From contig NC_058368.1 in the NCBI RefSeq assembly GCF_018350175.1, positions 73,162,001 to 73,226,000 on the forward strand: 64,000 bases of DNA. The letters run 5' to 3'. This DNA comes from Felis catus (lineage: Eukaryota). The position numbers and the translations under genes were made by a program. Positions 14,040 to 28,052 of this stretch are shown in pieces. Below the pieces are notes generated by a model that was not told where the DNA came from, did not search any database, and worked only from the letters and a program-made list of their open reading frames with translations. Every line of letters begins with the position of its first letter. Position 1 is the first letter of the stretch.

Positions 14040-14775
14040 TTAGAAATGTTTCCTACCCAAAATCCCTCAACTCTTACTACAACTGCTCTATTCCTATGTC
14101 TTCATATCATTGCCTGTAAACTATTGCAACAACTGGCCACCTGTCTTTCTATATTCCAGGTATGTTCCTAAAACATAAGCAATTAGGTCTTGCTGACTTA
14201 AAACAGCGTAATTCCCCATTGACTACATAATAAAATCATCAAAACTTAGAACCTGATATAAAATGTCTCTGTGGGCTCATCTTACCTGTCTTTAAACCTA
14301 CTATTAACTCCACATTCTATGCTGTTTCTAGAACGCTCCCTCCTCCTCCCCATCTTCTGACTATTAACCAGTTACACCAGGTTCTTTCATAGCCTGGGTT
14401 GTTGGGTTATTTTTTTAACTCTATCTCTCTCTCTCTCTCTTTCTCCCCTCCCCACTCCCCCCAAATGGCTTTAATTATCTTCTTGTCCAGCAAACTTTTA
14501 TTCATCCTTGAAAACCAAGTTTAGACATCACATATTTAGTGAAGCCTCCATCAAGCTACTTTTTGTGGATCTGGAAGCAATTCATGCCATTTGTTATAAG
14601 AGTTGCCACATGTTATTATAATGTCAATTTCACCTCTCTCTTTCTAGAGCTATACTATGAGTTCCATGTGGACAATAATTCTGTCTTACTTATTTTTATA
14701 TCCCCAGCACTAAGCACAGTTCTTGGCATAGGGAAGATGCTTAGTCATGTTAAATAAATGAATAAATAAATGAAT
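14040..14775 (+). mobile_element. L2 LINE 3' fragment
   Basis: L2 3' end pattern (TATCCCCAGCACTAAGCACAGTTCTTGGCATAG...AATAAATGAATAAATAAATGAAT). Confidence 0.65.
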
Positions 14776-15348
14776 ATCAAAGTAAGGACTTCAAAGGTTT
14801 ACAGAAAGGTAAAAAAATAAAAGTTTAAAAAGTTTAAACATTAAAAATAAATAAATGCTTACAAAAGTGAGAATTCAGTATGTTCTGCAGTGTTCAGGAA
14901 TTGCTACATGAAAATAGATGTTAATAAAATGTTTGTCCATAGCATGTTTTAAATACACTAATAAATTATTCAGAGCATGAATAATCATACTTTAACCCTT
15001 TTTAACTTCAGACTTTCTCAAAATAGGTTATACTTCTGCTACGATACATGCTCTGTAATGTGCTAGAAGTATATGGTCAGAAGAGTGTTAGGTTTCAGAT
15101 TCACTTAAATCCTTGAGATTAGAGAAGTAAGAAGATGTTCTACCTGCACCATCATTGTCTAATTTTATTTATTATTATTAAACTGTAATAATTATATTTA
15201 TAGTATTTCAACAAATTAAGCCATTTTAATGCTATACTTTACCCTTTTCACTTATGTAAACAGTATTTCTATTTCATTCAGAAATACTCCCATTTTACTT
15301 TAAAAAGCTACCAAACATCTAACCCAAAGTATTCTTATAGCATGTAGG

Positions 15349-15557
15349 TAGCATTGCCAGATTTAAAAAGGAAAACAAAAATAAGAAAACTACAGAATGC
15401 CCAGTTAAGTTTGAATTTCAGATAAATAATGAATACTCCTTTTACCACAAATATATCCCATGAAAAATTTAAGACATACTTATACTAAAAATAAAATTAG
15501 TTATTTATCTGCAAGTAAAATTTAAGTGGATGCCCTTTATTTTATCTGACAACTCTA
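15349..15557. mobile_element. hAT MITE, MER53-like
   Basis: Imperfect palindrome TAGCATTGCCAGAT...ATCTGACAACTCTA with internal GCCCAGTTAAGTTTGAATTTCAGATAA. Confidence 0.85.
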
Positions 15558-15929
15558 CATGTAACATACAAGAAGACTAGCAATAAATAGATGCTGGGAA
15601 GGTCTTAGTTGACCAAAGAGTGCTACCTGTAAGGCTAGCTTTCCTGGTATCCCTAGGAAAACCTAAGGACCTCAACCATCACCTATGCTCTGTGACCTTA
15701 AAGAAACCCATCCCTACCATGAGCCTCTCATGGGGCTCTCATGAGGGCTCTCAATAAAAAATTCAGTTTGGTGGAGGCATAATCCAAGATCATGTCTGAG
15801 GGTAGTTTTTTTTATAAAGAAGTGCAAAGGTGATGTTCTCAACAGAACTAGTCTCAGGATTTTTTCTATTATTGTCTTAAAAGATCATATTTTACAACCA
15901 TTGTAATCTACCCAGTAATAGTGATTACA

Positions 15930-17086
15930 TACAAAAAGCCAACAGGTATATGAAAAGGTACCCAGCATCACTAACCAAGGAAATGCAAATGAAACCACAA
16001 CGAGGGGTGTCTGGGTGGCTCAGTTAGTTGAGCATCCGACTTTGGCTTAGGTCGTGATCTCAGGGTCAGTCTCGCTGCTGTCAGCGTGAGGGCCCGCTTC
16101 AGTTCTTCTGTCCTCGTCTCTCTCTGCCCCTCCTCTGCTCTCTCTCAAAAATAAATAAACATTAAAAAGAAAAGAAAGGAAACCACAATGAAATATCACC
16201 TCACACCTGTTAGGATGGCTATTAATAAAAAACAAAAGCTAACAACTGTTGATGAGGATATGAAGAAAGGGGAACCCTGGAAATAATGTTGGTGGGAATA
16301 TAAATTAATGTGAACATTATGGAAAACAGTGTGGAGGTTCCTCAGAAAATTAAAAATAGAACTGCCATATGATCCAGCAATCTCATTTCTGGGTATTTGT
16401 CCAAAGGAACTGAAATCAAGATTTCAAAGAGAAATCTGAGTTCCCATGGATATGGCAGTATTATTATTCACAATAACCAAGGTATGAAAACAACCTAAAT
16501 ATCCATTAGTGGATGAATGGATAAAGAAAATGTGGTTTGTACATACACAATGGAGTATCATCCAGCCTTAGAAAAGAAGGAAATTCTGCCATTTGTGACA
16601 ATATGGATAGACCTGGAGGGCATTAGCTAAATAAAGTAAACCAGACACAGAAAGGCAAACGCTGTACAATCTCATATACGGAATCTTAAAAAGTCATAAT
16701 CATAGAAGCAGAGAATAGGATGGTGATTTCCAGGGGCTGGGGAGAGGGGGAAATGGGGAGGTGATGGTCAAAGGGTACAAAGTTTCACTTATGCAAAATA
16801 AGTAATTTCTGGGGATCAACTGCATAGCACAGTGCCTATAGCTAACAATGCTCAATTGTATACTTAAATTTTTCTAAGAGGACAGGTTTTAGGTTAAGTA
16901 TTCTTACTGCTACTACTACTAATTATAATGGGGGCAAAAGGAAACTTTAGGAGGTGATAGATATGTCTCTGGCCTCAGTGATGGTGATAACAAGTGTGTT
17001 ATTTATCCCCAGATTCATCCAGTTGTGTATACTATGTACAGCCTTTTACATTTCAATCACGCCTCAATAAAGTGGTACAAAAATAA
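15930..17086 (+). mobile_element. L1 3' end (L1MA9/L1MB-like), interrupted by a SINE
   Basis: ORF2 C-terminal relic (GAAATGCAAAT...AAACCACAATGAAATATCACCTCACACCTGTTAGGATGGC), L1M 3'UTR, CTCAATAAAG and A tail. Confidence 0.9.
16004..16178 (+). mobile_element. Can-SINE nested in L1
   Basis: SINEC head; TSD GAAACCACAA(C/T)GA. Confidence 0.9.
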
Positions 17087-17129
17087 TTGAAGTTAACAAG
17101 CACTTCCTATAACCAAGGGGAGACTCACT

Positions 17130-17310
17130 ACTTTGAGGCTTTTTCTATGCATTATTGCTATTAATCCTCACAACATCCCTATAAGACATGTGCCAGTATC
17201 TCTACTTTATACAGAGACCAAGGCTGAGGTGAAGTAATAATCTGCTATAGGCCAGATAGTGAGGAGGGATGGAAATGAGACTGAAATCCAGGTTTGTCTG
17301 GCTCTACAAC
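17130..17310 (-). mobile_element. MIR fragment
   Basis: TTAATCCTCACAACATCCCTAT...TTTATACAGAGA...GCTGAGG...CTGAAATCCAGGTTTGTCTGGCTC core. Confidence 0.7.
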
Positions 17311-17453
17311 CACTTGAATATTTGATAATGATATCATATACTGACCTTTAGTGCCCCGATTCTACTAAAAACTAAAGGAAATGCAAAAGTGTTTAAATAA
17401 GTTGACACAGAGGTAAATGGTCTCCATATAGGCAAGCTTCTAAGCAAGAATAT

Positions 17454-17456
<3 letters not shown>

Positions 17457-17498
<42 letters not shown>
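17457..17498. repeat. (TG)n microsatellite
   Basis: Direct observation. Confidence 0.97.
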
Positions 17499-17499
<1 letters not shown>

Positions 17500-18079
17500 T
17501 CAAATACAGCTTTCTCTAAAAATTCTTCTCTAAAGGTGTTTTACAAAGCCGACTATCACTATTCCCCTAAGTTCTTTCATTATGTTTGAAGTTTCCTGAA
17601 TGGCACATTACTGTCCTAAGAAGCGAGCACACTTCCAAAAGGGCCTACCCAACTTTTCGCTAGAAACGTTATACAACAGTAAGGCACAGGCAGATAAATA
17701 CAAAAACAATCTGCTCAGGTACCAGAAAATGAAATGAACATAATACTCTAAGAGCAGAATGTTCATCTGAGTCACACCAAGTAACCTGATTACTGCTAAA
17801 GTAAAATTTGAAAATGATTGAAGTGATTTTTACGATCAGCCTTTTGGAAGTCATTCAATAGAGTTGCAAAACTACTTCAAAGTAGATAATTCAAATTTAA
17901 ATGCCACTCTCTCCTTGGTGTTGTTTACCAACAGTTAAGCATTAAATTGGTGAGCTTGATTTGTTATGTAATTCAACCAGTATATAATTCAAACATTCTT
18001 ATAATTAAGTCAATATTTGAATAAATGGAATAAACACAAAATCAGACTCGAAAACTATTTGGGATGGATTTTATAAAAA

Positions 18080-18265
18080 CAATGGCTTTTAACCTTGAGT
18101 GCACATTAGAATCACCAAAGGAGATTTAAAAAACACTGATGCCTTGGTCACCTGTGGAGTCACCTGTGGAGATTCTTATACAATTGGACTGAAGTGGGCC
18201 CAAGCACTGGGATTTTTAAAGCTTCTCAAATCATTCTAGTACATGGCCAAGGCTGACAGCCAATG
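18080..18265. mobile_element. hAT-Charlie MITE, MER5A-like
   Basis: AACCTTGAGTGCACATTAGAATCACC...GATTTTTAAAGCTTCTC...ATTCTA...GCCAAGGCTGA. Confidence 0.8.
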
Positions 18266-20010
18266 CTTCAGCAGGAACTCAAGCATTGGGTGGAAAGTTG
18301 GGATGCACATTTCAGGACCCTTCCAACCCTGAAGTAAGCCTGATTGTTATGACCTATGCTATAATATTGCACTAGACTAGACCTGAAGTTTGTGTAAAGT
18401 AGGAATAAATTGTTGCAGTAATATTTTTTTGCCACAGGTACTTTCAAAGTTCAAATAGGATGCTACTTTTTTTACACCTCCTTCTCAAAGGTATCCTATC
18501 TTCTCCAGGTTCTGAAGAATTGCACATTGAAGAAATATTAAAACAAAGTTATTCAATGAATTAAATTTTTAAGTATCTATTGAACATCTACTACCTGCAA
18601 AACACTCTTCTAGGTATCAGACATTCCATAATGAGCTAGCCAGAGTCTCAGATTGGGTTGAAACTTACAATTTAATAGGCACATATGGCTGTAATACAAA
18701 GGTAAGGTAAATGTGTTTGACATCTAAGCCCAGGATGGTTCAATTTAAGAGATTACATCCAGCTGTGAAGAAGGGGGAATGCAGGGAGGATTATGTTTTT
18801 AAGAGTATAAAAGTCCATACCTTATACATTTGATTGAAGAAAAATAAATAGCAAAGTAACATCTTAAAGTTGTAGATCAGATTTCACGAATATCCATAAA
18901 CAGAGGAGTCAGGCTCCTCTCTAACGGCACCAAACATTTGCTGACAGGAATTTTGTCACCCCAAATCAAACCAATCCCTTCTAGAGATTCTTTCAATCAA
19001 AGGCTAAAGTGAACTTTTCTAAAGTGACCCAAGATATATTGGCAATCTGTGCAATCTAACCAAATTCCCAATACCTTGAAGCAATTTCGTAAAAATACAA
19101 GCTTGCTGGTGAATTATGCTGATACCACAGTAGAAAGAACATTTGAGAAATGAAAAAATGTCAGTTAATAAACAGATGTTTGCAAACCTCCATTTCAGAC
19201 AACTAACCTTACACAAACCAGAGTTTAGAAAGGCGAAGCAATACATCAGATCTAGAGTTTAAGGAAGACTTGGACAAAATAGCCTATAACATCTGGCCAG
19301 GCATTTCAGCCGACTCTACCCCAATAGAACTGGAAATTTGGAGAGTGATAGGAAAAGTCATCCACTCAGATAAAAAGTAATACCTCTGCAGCCATAATTA
19401 CACCCCACACACAAAATCCACATCCATACATAATCTTAATCCTCATTACTAGTTGAGGATCAATCAAGGGGCAGGGGCTCAGCGGGAACCAGAAGTACGT
19501 TGTATTCCTCCTGCTCTAATAGCAGCAAGGTGTGCAAATCACAGCAGTGATCAAACCACAGCCAGCAGAGAGTGTGATTCAAATAAAATGTTTTGGCTGA
19601 AGGTATAAGATGTTGGAGTGTACTAATGACCAGTAAGTCAAGTCTTTGACACAAATTATAATTCTATAATGATAATGATGCAGAAGACTGAGAGAGGTTT
19701 TTTCACTTAAAAAATCAAATTAAATCTATCATATAAATCTACCTTCTAAGTGAAGTAAATTAAAGACCTGACGTTCAGAAGATAAGACTGCATATATGAG
19801 AAGCAACATTCTGAAGTATAAAATTGAGTCTGTAATTTAGAGCTGTGTCCTCCAAATTCCATTAATGAAAAACATTCACATGAGTTTCTTTCCACACAAG
19901 ATAACCAATCCTTAGTCTTAAGAAAACCCAGCCTCAAATAAAATGTCAATAAAAAATTCACTGCCTTCTTTTTTATTTTTCAAATCTGCTCCTTAAAAAG
20001 ATCAACAACA

Positions 20011-20212
20011 GGGGCACCTGGGTGGCTTAGTTGGTTGGACGTCTGACTTGGGCTCAGGTTATGATCTCATGGTTTGTGGGTTCAACCCCACGTCGGGCTC
20101 TGTGCTGACAGCTCAGAGCCTGGAGCCTGCTTTGGATTCTGTGTCTCCTTCCCCCTCTGCCCCTCCCCTGTTCATGCTCTGTCTCTCAAAAATAAATAAA
20201 CATTAAAAAAAA
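20011..20212 (+). mobile_element. Can-SINE
   Basis: SINEC; TSD GATCAACAA. Confidence 0.93.
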
Positions 20213-20422
20213 TGATCAACAATAGATTAAAAACTACATGCATAAAGGCACAAATCATAACCAAAAGAATAGGGTAGCCTAATGTACCTCCTTTTTTAAA
20301 ATGTATCTTCTCTCTTTATTGAGTTCAAACCTAACTGAAACTTAAAAAGTCTGTTAATTCTGAAGCTGTAGTATCTAGAGTCCATTTCTCACGTTGATAT
20401 TCAGATTTTAAGGAATAAGTCA

Positions 20423-20640
20423 GGGACGCCTTGGGCAGCTCAGTTGTTTAAGCATCCAACTTTGGCTCAGTTCATGATCTTGCAGTTTGTGAGTCTGAGC
20501 TCTGTGTGGGGCTCGGTGCCTACAGCTCAGAGCCTGGAGGCTGCTTTGGATTCTCTCTGTCCCTTCCCCCAACTTGTGCACTCTCTAGCACGCTCTCTCT
20601 CTCTCAAAAGTAAATAAACATTAAAAATGTTTTTAAAAAT
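20423..20640 (+). mobile_element. Can-SINE
   Basis: SINEC; TSD GAATAAGTCA. Confidence 0.92.
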
Positions 20641-22859
20641 GAATAAGTCAGTGACTTCTCTTGTCAATAAAAAATACCTGACTGATTTCTATGGCTTAAA
20701 CACTGGCGTCTGTAAGGGGCTCTGTTCTAAGATGTCTTCTCACTGTCTCTCCTCTATGCCCTCTTCATTCCTAAGCTTTCTGTTATTGGCCACACACGGG
20801 TGATGTCACCATGTCTTTATGTAGCCCAGGCCTCTGTTCTGACTAGCAGATACAATTGCTTAGTCTGTAATGCTCTCAAAACATGTTTTTCCTCACCCAC
20901 AGCCTTAGAAAGAACTCCCACTACTATCAAGTTCTAAATAAATAGCAAAGGAAGTACAAAATAACTTTAAAAGAAACTTCATCATCTTGGTGTTATGTAA
21001 AATATTCAATAGAAAATCACTTATTGTAGTTAGTTGACTGACATTTTGAATCAGGCCATTCACCTTCACTTCCTAGGTTCCCAACTATACTTTCTCAGCA
21101 CACTGAAATGTGTTTTCCCATGGCATTCTCAACAAAAAGAAAAGTCTGGTATTCCTTGCAGCTCCGGAATGATAAGTAGCCATCACAAGCCCAGTGGTGC
21201 AAGGACTTAGAAACAGCCCCAGTCACCTGATTTCTGCAGTGGCAGGTGTGTTCGCTGGGTCCAAACTCTTCTCCCACCCAACACAGGATTCTCATGAGGC
21301 AGGGCATTTCCTAAAAGCCCTTGAAAGAGTCAAAATCAAACTAGACTTTAAATCTCTAGGTTATTTTTTTTTCCTAAGGAAAAAAATGGAACGACAGAGC
21401 CCAAAGTCGTTAGGTAGGAACAAAGGAAAGGGCTATGATTTTCATGAATAATACAAAATTGACAACACAGCTATTTATAGTGTTTGGGTGTGAGCAGCAT
21501 CACCAACAGCAAAACAAAGAATTAAATACACAATAGAAGGGGAAGTGTTGAAAAAAAATAATAAAAGCCCAGTAGCAAAAATGAGAAGTTCAAAGCTACA
21601 AATGAGACTTACAACGGAAGAAGTAAAAGTAAAGAATAGTCGGGAGGCAAATCTCTTAGATAGCAAAACAAAGGCACACAAAGTTCACTTTAAAATGTGC
21701 TTTATTCATTCAGCACCAGGGTAAAAAGCATTAGAGAATGAGAACAACCCATAAAATTCACTTCAAAGTTTTTGAGCTAATTATTGTTAGATATAAGCAG
21801 TTAAGGAAGATAATAAGAAGAATGAAGTAAAATATACAGAAGTTTAAAAATATTTTAAAATATTCATTTCACTCTATAGAGATGATGAAGGCTCATCTCT
21901 ACAATACAGACAGGAAAAAGCAGGTACTATAAAATTCTAGCACAGATATTGGACATTCTTTAGCTCAAGAACAATATAAGGACTTCATTCGGAAGTGTTT
22001 GCAGTCAGTCCCACTCTGGGCAAAATACAAAATGTTCTAGGCTCCTTTAGGCCCTGGAGGCTTAGGAGCAAAGATCTGGTTGGGTCCTTTGTACAAAGGA
22101 GGCTTAGTGAGTAAACACCTTCTACTAGAGCCTCTAAGTCTGTCTTCCTTCAACCTTTACTTGGACACTTATAAAAAAATTTATTTATGAACCCTATAGC
22201 ATTAGCTACGGGTAAAAGCTTGATAACATTATATTAATTAAAAAATAATAGCTATTTTAGCATAGGTCACCCACTGGAAAATCTAGGAAAGAAACTTTCT
22301 GACTAAGACGTGAGGGGCAAGGAACAAATAGGTAAGTGTGTGTGTGCTGGGTATTGGGTCAGGTACTTTATTTATTCTCTTGTAGTCAGCACCAATATGT
22401 AAAGGGGATATTCTCCCTCCACGACCAAACACAAAACAAACCTAACAAATAAAAACAGCTCTGAGGTCCAGAGAAATCACAGCTAGGGTATCAATCTCTA
22501 TCTAAATCCAAAGTTCACACACTTTTACTGCGGTCTTTATCAGGAAAAAAAAAGGCAACAAAAAAATTTTTTTGAATATACAACTATCTAGCGGTCATTG
22601 TCAAAGGAAAACAATAACCACACAGAAGAACTGAGTGGCCTTTAGACAGAGTAACCCAAAACCAGCCCACCAGACTGACAGGACTGGGGACATCCTGGCT
22701 AGCACGAGCCAGAAGAAGAGCAAATCAGCTGGTTTGGACTTGCTTGTATCAGAAGATCCTTCTCTAACATGGAGGAAGGCATAAAGGACTGAAGTTTTCT
22801 ATGCTTCCTTTAATGAAAATGCCCAGGCAAATAAAAATCCAGATTTTTAAGTATTTCCT

Positions 22860-23095
22860 TTTTTATTTTTATTTTCTTTAATTTTTTTTAACATTTACTT
22901 TAATTTTTGAGAGACAGAGAGTGATGGAGCATGAGCCAGGGAGGGGCAGAGAACGAGGGAGTCACAGAATCCAAAGCAGGCTCCAGGCTCTGAACTGTCA
23001 GCACTGAGCCCCATGCAGGGCTCAAACTCAGGAACCACGAGATCATGACCTGAGCAAAGTCAGATGTTTAACCAACTGAGCCACCCAGGCGCCCC
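22860..23095 (-). mobile_element. Can-SINE
   Basis: Reverse SINEC; TSD AAGTATTTCCTTTTT. Confidence 0.93.
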
Positions 23096-23379
23096 AAGTA
23101 TTTCCTTTTTTAAATGTTATAATACCACCATCAACAGCCACTACTAAAGCGGTTATTTGTACCTACAGCTTCACTCCCAAATTTAGGTTAGAGATATCTT
23201 AATTAAGAACCTTAAGAAAAATATCACCATTACTTTCAAGGAAATCAAACTTATTCTAACCTGCATCCATACAGCAAACCTACTAGGTGAAGCAGTATGT
23301 CTGACACCGGAGATGAAGAAATAGCAGCGATATCACTGTGGTATTCATTTGTATATCACCCGTACACATAGGTAATGTG

Positions 23380-23382
<3 letters not shown>

Positions 23383-23424
<42 letters not shown>
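23383..23424. repeat. (CA)n microsatellite
   Basis: Direct observation. Confidence 0.97.
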
Positions 23425-23425
<1 letters not shown>

Positions 23426-24004
23426 ATTTATTATATGTTTCTAGATGTTAAATATGCATATAGTTTAGGCAAAAGAACATCAGCATGCTCATACACTGAC
23501 GTTAACAATCCTACCCTGTTCTCAAGTCTGGGGACCGTACTCTAGCTAGAAAGATGAAACAAAATCATCTCACATAACTGCACTCTTCTCTGGCAATGCA
23601 CTTGAAAATAAAATATTTTTTTGATATCATCAAACAAAAAAATTAGCTTTGGAGAGAAAAACTATTATGTTCCTTATAAAATAACACCAGGAACTTCCAA
23701 AGCTTTCACTGGAAAGCCAGCCAGGCCTTTTATAGCCTCAGTCGTGCCTCCTGAGATTCATCTCCCCTTTGGGTACCTCACTAACGATGGCCTCAAGGGA
23801 GAGAATACTGACATTTCTCTGAGTTTCATACTCTGGTTGAAGCAAAAGTAAACGGCCCTTCTCCTAATTTCCCAGCACACAGTCAAGGCAAGGCCATAAT
23901 ACTTAAATATAAGTTTATTAAATACTTGGACATAACACAAAGAGAATCAACCTAGAATGTCATGGAACCAGATAATCTAGCATATAGTTTACCTGTTTTC
24001 AGTT

Positions 24005-24130
24005 TAGAGTTCAATACACGAACACCTCCCTACTAAGCTTCCAACCTGCCCCAAATGCCTAATTACTAGAGTTCAATACACGAACACCTCCCTACTAAGC
24101 TTCCAACCTGCCCCAAATGCCTAATTACTA
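24005..24130. repeat. Perfect 62-bp tandem duplication
   Basis: TAGAGTTCAATACACGAAC...AAATGCCTAATTAC repeated at 24005 and 24067. Confidence 0.97.
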
Positions 24131-24720
24131 ATAACCAAACCCAAGAGAAGCATTAGGGAGACTATGAAGTTTCTTTTCCTATGTAGTTTACTCCCACTCT
24201 CAAGGCTCAGGTTCATGCCAGAACCTTTCCTTAGATCATTGGACCTGTGAACATCCACCTGCTATGGGAGAGGCTCTACTCACACATGATGACAGGGCTT
24301 TGCTTTACTTTACTAGAAAATAGGGTGATTTTTTTAATGCAAAGCCACAGTAAGCTGTAGCAGCAGGATTGTTCTGTTACAACTCTAGATGACATTCATA
24401 TCAAGGAATGTTTAGGTTTTGCATGAGATATTTAAGAAGTGAACCAGAGTATGTTTAAATAAAAGAAGTATAATTTATATCTCACAGTGACTTCTCACCT
24501 TCATTGCATTAAGTAAGCTAAATAGACAAATTAAATGTAAATATAGTATCATATTATCAATACATTAATGAAATGCCCATGCTTTGAAAATAAACAGATG
24601 AGAATAGTCAGAGCAATATTTCAGTCAAAGATAAATATATAAAAGTTGTTCACTCTATATATCTATAGCTAGTCTGTGTTCTATTTTCACAAGAACATGA
24701 ATATCTTAAAAGTGTTTATA

Positions 24721-24888
24721 GGGACACCTGGGTGGCTCAGTCAGTTAAGCATCCAACTTCAGCTCAGGACATGATCTCACAGTTCGTGAGTTCAAGTCCC
24801 ACGTTGGGCTCTGTGCTGACAGCTCAGAGCCTGAAGCCTGCTTAGAGTTCTGTGTCTCCCTCTCTCTCTGCCCCTCCCTGTCATGTAC

Positions 24889-24924
<36 letters not shown>

Positions 24925-24945
24925 AAATAATAAACATTAAAAAAA
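24721..24945 (+). mobile_element. Can-SINE
   Basis: SINEC; AAGTGTTTATA repeated on both flanks. Confidence 0.92.
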
Positions 24946-25189
24946 GTTTATGTTTCACAGGATATTAATTTTTTAAGTGTTTATAAGCTAAACTATAGTA
25001 AAAGTAGGCATGTATTGCTACTAAAAATTTTCACAGTACCCCTATTATAGTTTCATGTAATATACAACAAAATTCAATTCTTTGAAATATCAAGACATTT
25101 TAGTTTGTTTTTTAGTAAAACAAATTAAGCAGAGTAAAAAGTTCTTTTGGTTATATACTAATTTAAAATAAGATTTATAAGTCTCATGA

Positions 25190-26415
25190 GATTTTCAACA
25201 AATACTACTTGGACAGTTGAATGTCCACAAGCAAAGGAATGAAGCTGGGCCCCTACCTTACACAAAATATGAAAATTAACTCAAAATGGACCAAAGACTC
25301 AAATGTAAAAGGGTTAAAACTCTCAGAAGAAAACTTAGGAATAAATATTTAGTTAGGAAATGGTTTCTTAGAGATGACGCCAAATACACAAATGACAAAA
25401 AAAAAATAGATAAATTGAACTTCATCAAAATTTAAAATTTTGTACATCAGAGGACACCATCAAGAAAGTGAAGAAACAGTTCGTAAAAGAAAATCATTTG
25501 TAATTTGTAAATCATATACTTAATAAGAAACTTATATCCAGAATATATAAAGAACTCTTACAAATCAAAAATTAAAAAATGAATAATCCAGTTAAAAATG
25601 GGAGAAAAAACTTGAAAACACATTTCTCCAAGGAAGATATACAAATAGCCAATAAGCACATGAAAAGAATTTCAATGTCATTAGTCATTAGAGAAATGCA
25701 AATCAAAACCACAATGACATACTACTTCACACTCACTGGGATGACTATAATCAAAACAACTGACAATAACAAAAGTTGGCAAGAATGTGGAGAAGCTGAA
25801 ACCCTCAGCTGTTGCAGGAGGAAATGTAAAATTGTGCAGCTGTTTTAAGAAACGATTTGGTGGCCTCTAAAAGTATTAACATACAATTATCATCTGACCA
25901 GCAATTCTGCTTGGTATATACCCAAGAGAACTGAAATTTTTGGGTAAAACTTATACACAAATGATCATAGCAACACTGTAACTAGTAACAAAAAAAAAAA
26001 AAAAGGAAACCCAAATGTGCATCATGTGAAGAATGAAAAACTGTGGCATATCTACTACACAATGGAACGCTACTGGATAATAAAACAGAATGAAGAACTG
26101 ATATGTTCCACAACATAGATGAACCTCAAAAACATTATGTTAATCAAATGAACTCATATACTGTATGATTACGTTCATATGAAATATCCAGAATGAGCAA
26201 ACCCCACAGAAACAGCATATGAGGGGAGACAGAAACAGGGAGTGACTGCTGTATGGAGCTTCTCCATAAGTCAATGAAAATGTTCTTAAGTTAGATAGTG
26301 GCAATGGTTGCAGTTGCACGATACCTGAATATACCTAACAGTTATTGAAATGTACACTTTAAAAGAGTAAATTTTAAAGTGTATGAACTATATCTCAATA
26401 AAGCTGTCATAAAAA
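25190..26415 (+). mobile_element. L1 3' portion (L1MB-like)
   Basis: ORF 25579-25848 is a degenerate L1 ORF2 C-terminus (HFSKEDIQIANKHMKR...IREMQIKTT); ends TATCTCAATAAAGCTGT. Confidence 0.92.
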
Positions 26416-27287
26416 TGAGATTTATAACTCATAATCTGGATAGGAGAAATACATTCACAACTATATTATAGTTGCATCACAAATTATTTTAGATTTCTTC
26501 TACTACAGAAAATGTTCTTCAGTTTTCTTATTAGTCATTAGACAAGTATGCCTACTGATAGCCAAGTAAACATATTAAGAAGAAGAAAAAATGCACAAAG
26601 ACCCCCAATGGCATTTCTGGTGGGCCTTGTGGGCAGAAAACAATTTCTAGTCATAACATATTTTACAGTTGTTACGATTTTTCATTGTATTTTTCAACTT
26701 AAAAATGTACCCTGCCTAATACAAAATGCTATGTAAGAACAGCCATGGACTCTGCATTCTGTCTGGAATACTGTAGCCCAAATCTATCCCTCATTTGGTC
26801 CAACATACAGAATCTCATGACACAACTGGCAGTGGCAAAGGGTAAAGGAAACAGGAGAAGAGGGGAAGGAGGATAATCAGTTCATTCCTCCACCTCTAGC
26901 AATATTGCTCCTTTAGCTCCAGGACTGACCATACCCAGCATCCTTTCTCTTTACCCAACCTTTCAATCCCCTCTATCCCCCTAGAAACACTAAGACCCCG
27001 TCTTCATGAATCATCCTCTGGGCCAAGCACACCATTCTTCATATAGAAGGAATTCAGTACGTCTTAGGTGTTGAATTGGCTGCCTGAAATGGGACTTCAT
27101 GCTTTGAAAATGTTACCAAAAATTGCGATAGCTTCTTTTGAAAAAGGAAACCAATCCTCAGACATTAAAATCTAAAATATCAGTTCTCAATCATGGTGTC
27201 TGAATCACTCATATACCATGATCAGCTGTAGTGTTGCTCAAGTAATTTGTTACTAACAATAAAGTAAAAATATTCGTCAATGATTGA

Positions 27288-27392
27288 CTTTTTTTATGTT
27301 TTATTAAGTAATCTTTACACCCTACGCGGGGGTCAAACTCACAACCCCCAGATTGTGTCACAGGCTCCTCTGACTGAGCCAGCCAGGTGCCC
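27288..27392 (-). mobile_element. Short/older Can-SINE
   Basis: GACTGAGCCAGCCAGGTGCCC end, T-rich tail, lacks the CT tract. Confidence 0.8.
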
Positions 27393-28052
27393 TGACATTT
27401 TTATATAATTAAAATATATTCAAAGTTATTGTTCTAATAATGTCCCTGTTATATTACTTCTAATATCATTTCTTAAATAGAGAAAGGAGTAAATGACAAC
27501 TAGTGGGCAGAGACAATTATTCAGAGAAGTGTATTAGACACGAGGATATTATCTATGGTGACTCAGACAGAGTTTGATTCTTTCCAGAAAGCCCTCCGTC
27601 CCCTCTTGTTAGCCCCATAGCATCAGAGCCAGGGAAATGAAAGATCACACTGTCATATGACTACACCCTACAATATTAATCAAAATAAATTACTTAGATG
27701 TTATACCCTATAGATACATACTAGAAGCCTACATATTTTACTTGTTTTATTAAACTATAACTTTGAATCCAAATGGGGGTCAGTCCCAAAGTGAACACAG
27801 GTAATTAATTTAAAGGAAGTCTTAGAATCAGGGCTATTATCTCCTCCTTCCTTATCAAATGAAGTAGTCAAAGGAAAACAAAACAACAAACAAACATAAT
27901 AAACAAAAAAATAATGTGTGAGAGCATCTAAAATAACCAGAGTTTCCCCATTTTATTTCTTTAGATGGATGTTTAATAAGGCGATATGGAAGAATCATAG
28001 CAGCCTTTAGGAGATCATAAAGTAAAAAAGTATTGGCAACTACTGGCAAATA

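Noticed and set aside
18147..18171. 12-bp tandem GTCACCTGTGGA x2
   Set aside because: Small slippage duplication inside a MER5-like element; no evidence of function.
21709..21730. REST/RE1-like TTCAGCACCAGG (also weak matches near 28483 and 47306)
   Set aside because: Only half-sites or multi-mismatch matches; not supportable without a PWM scan or ChIP.
24005..24130. Direct repeats as a CRISPR-like array
   Set aside because: Eukaryotic context, only two adjacent units, no spacers or cas genes.
25579..25848. ORF with clear protein similarity
   Set aside because: Degenerate L1 ORF2 C-terminal fragment, not a host gene.
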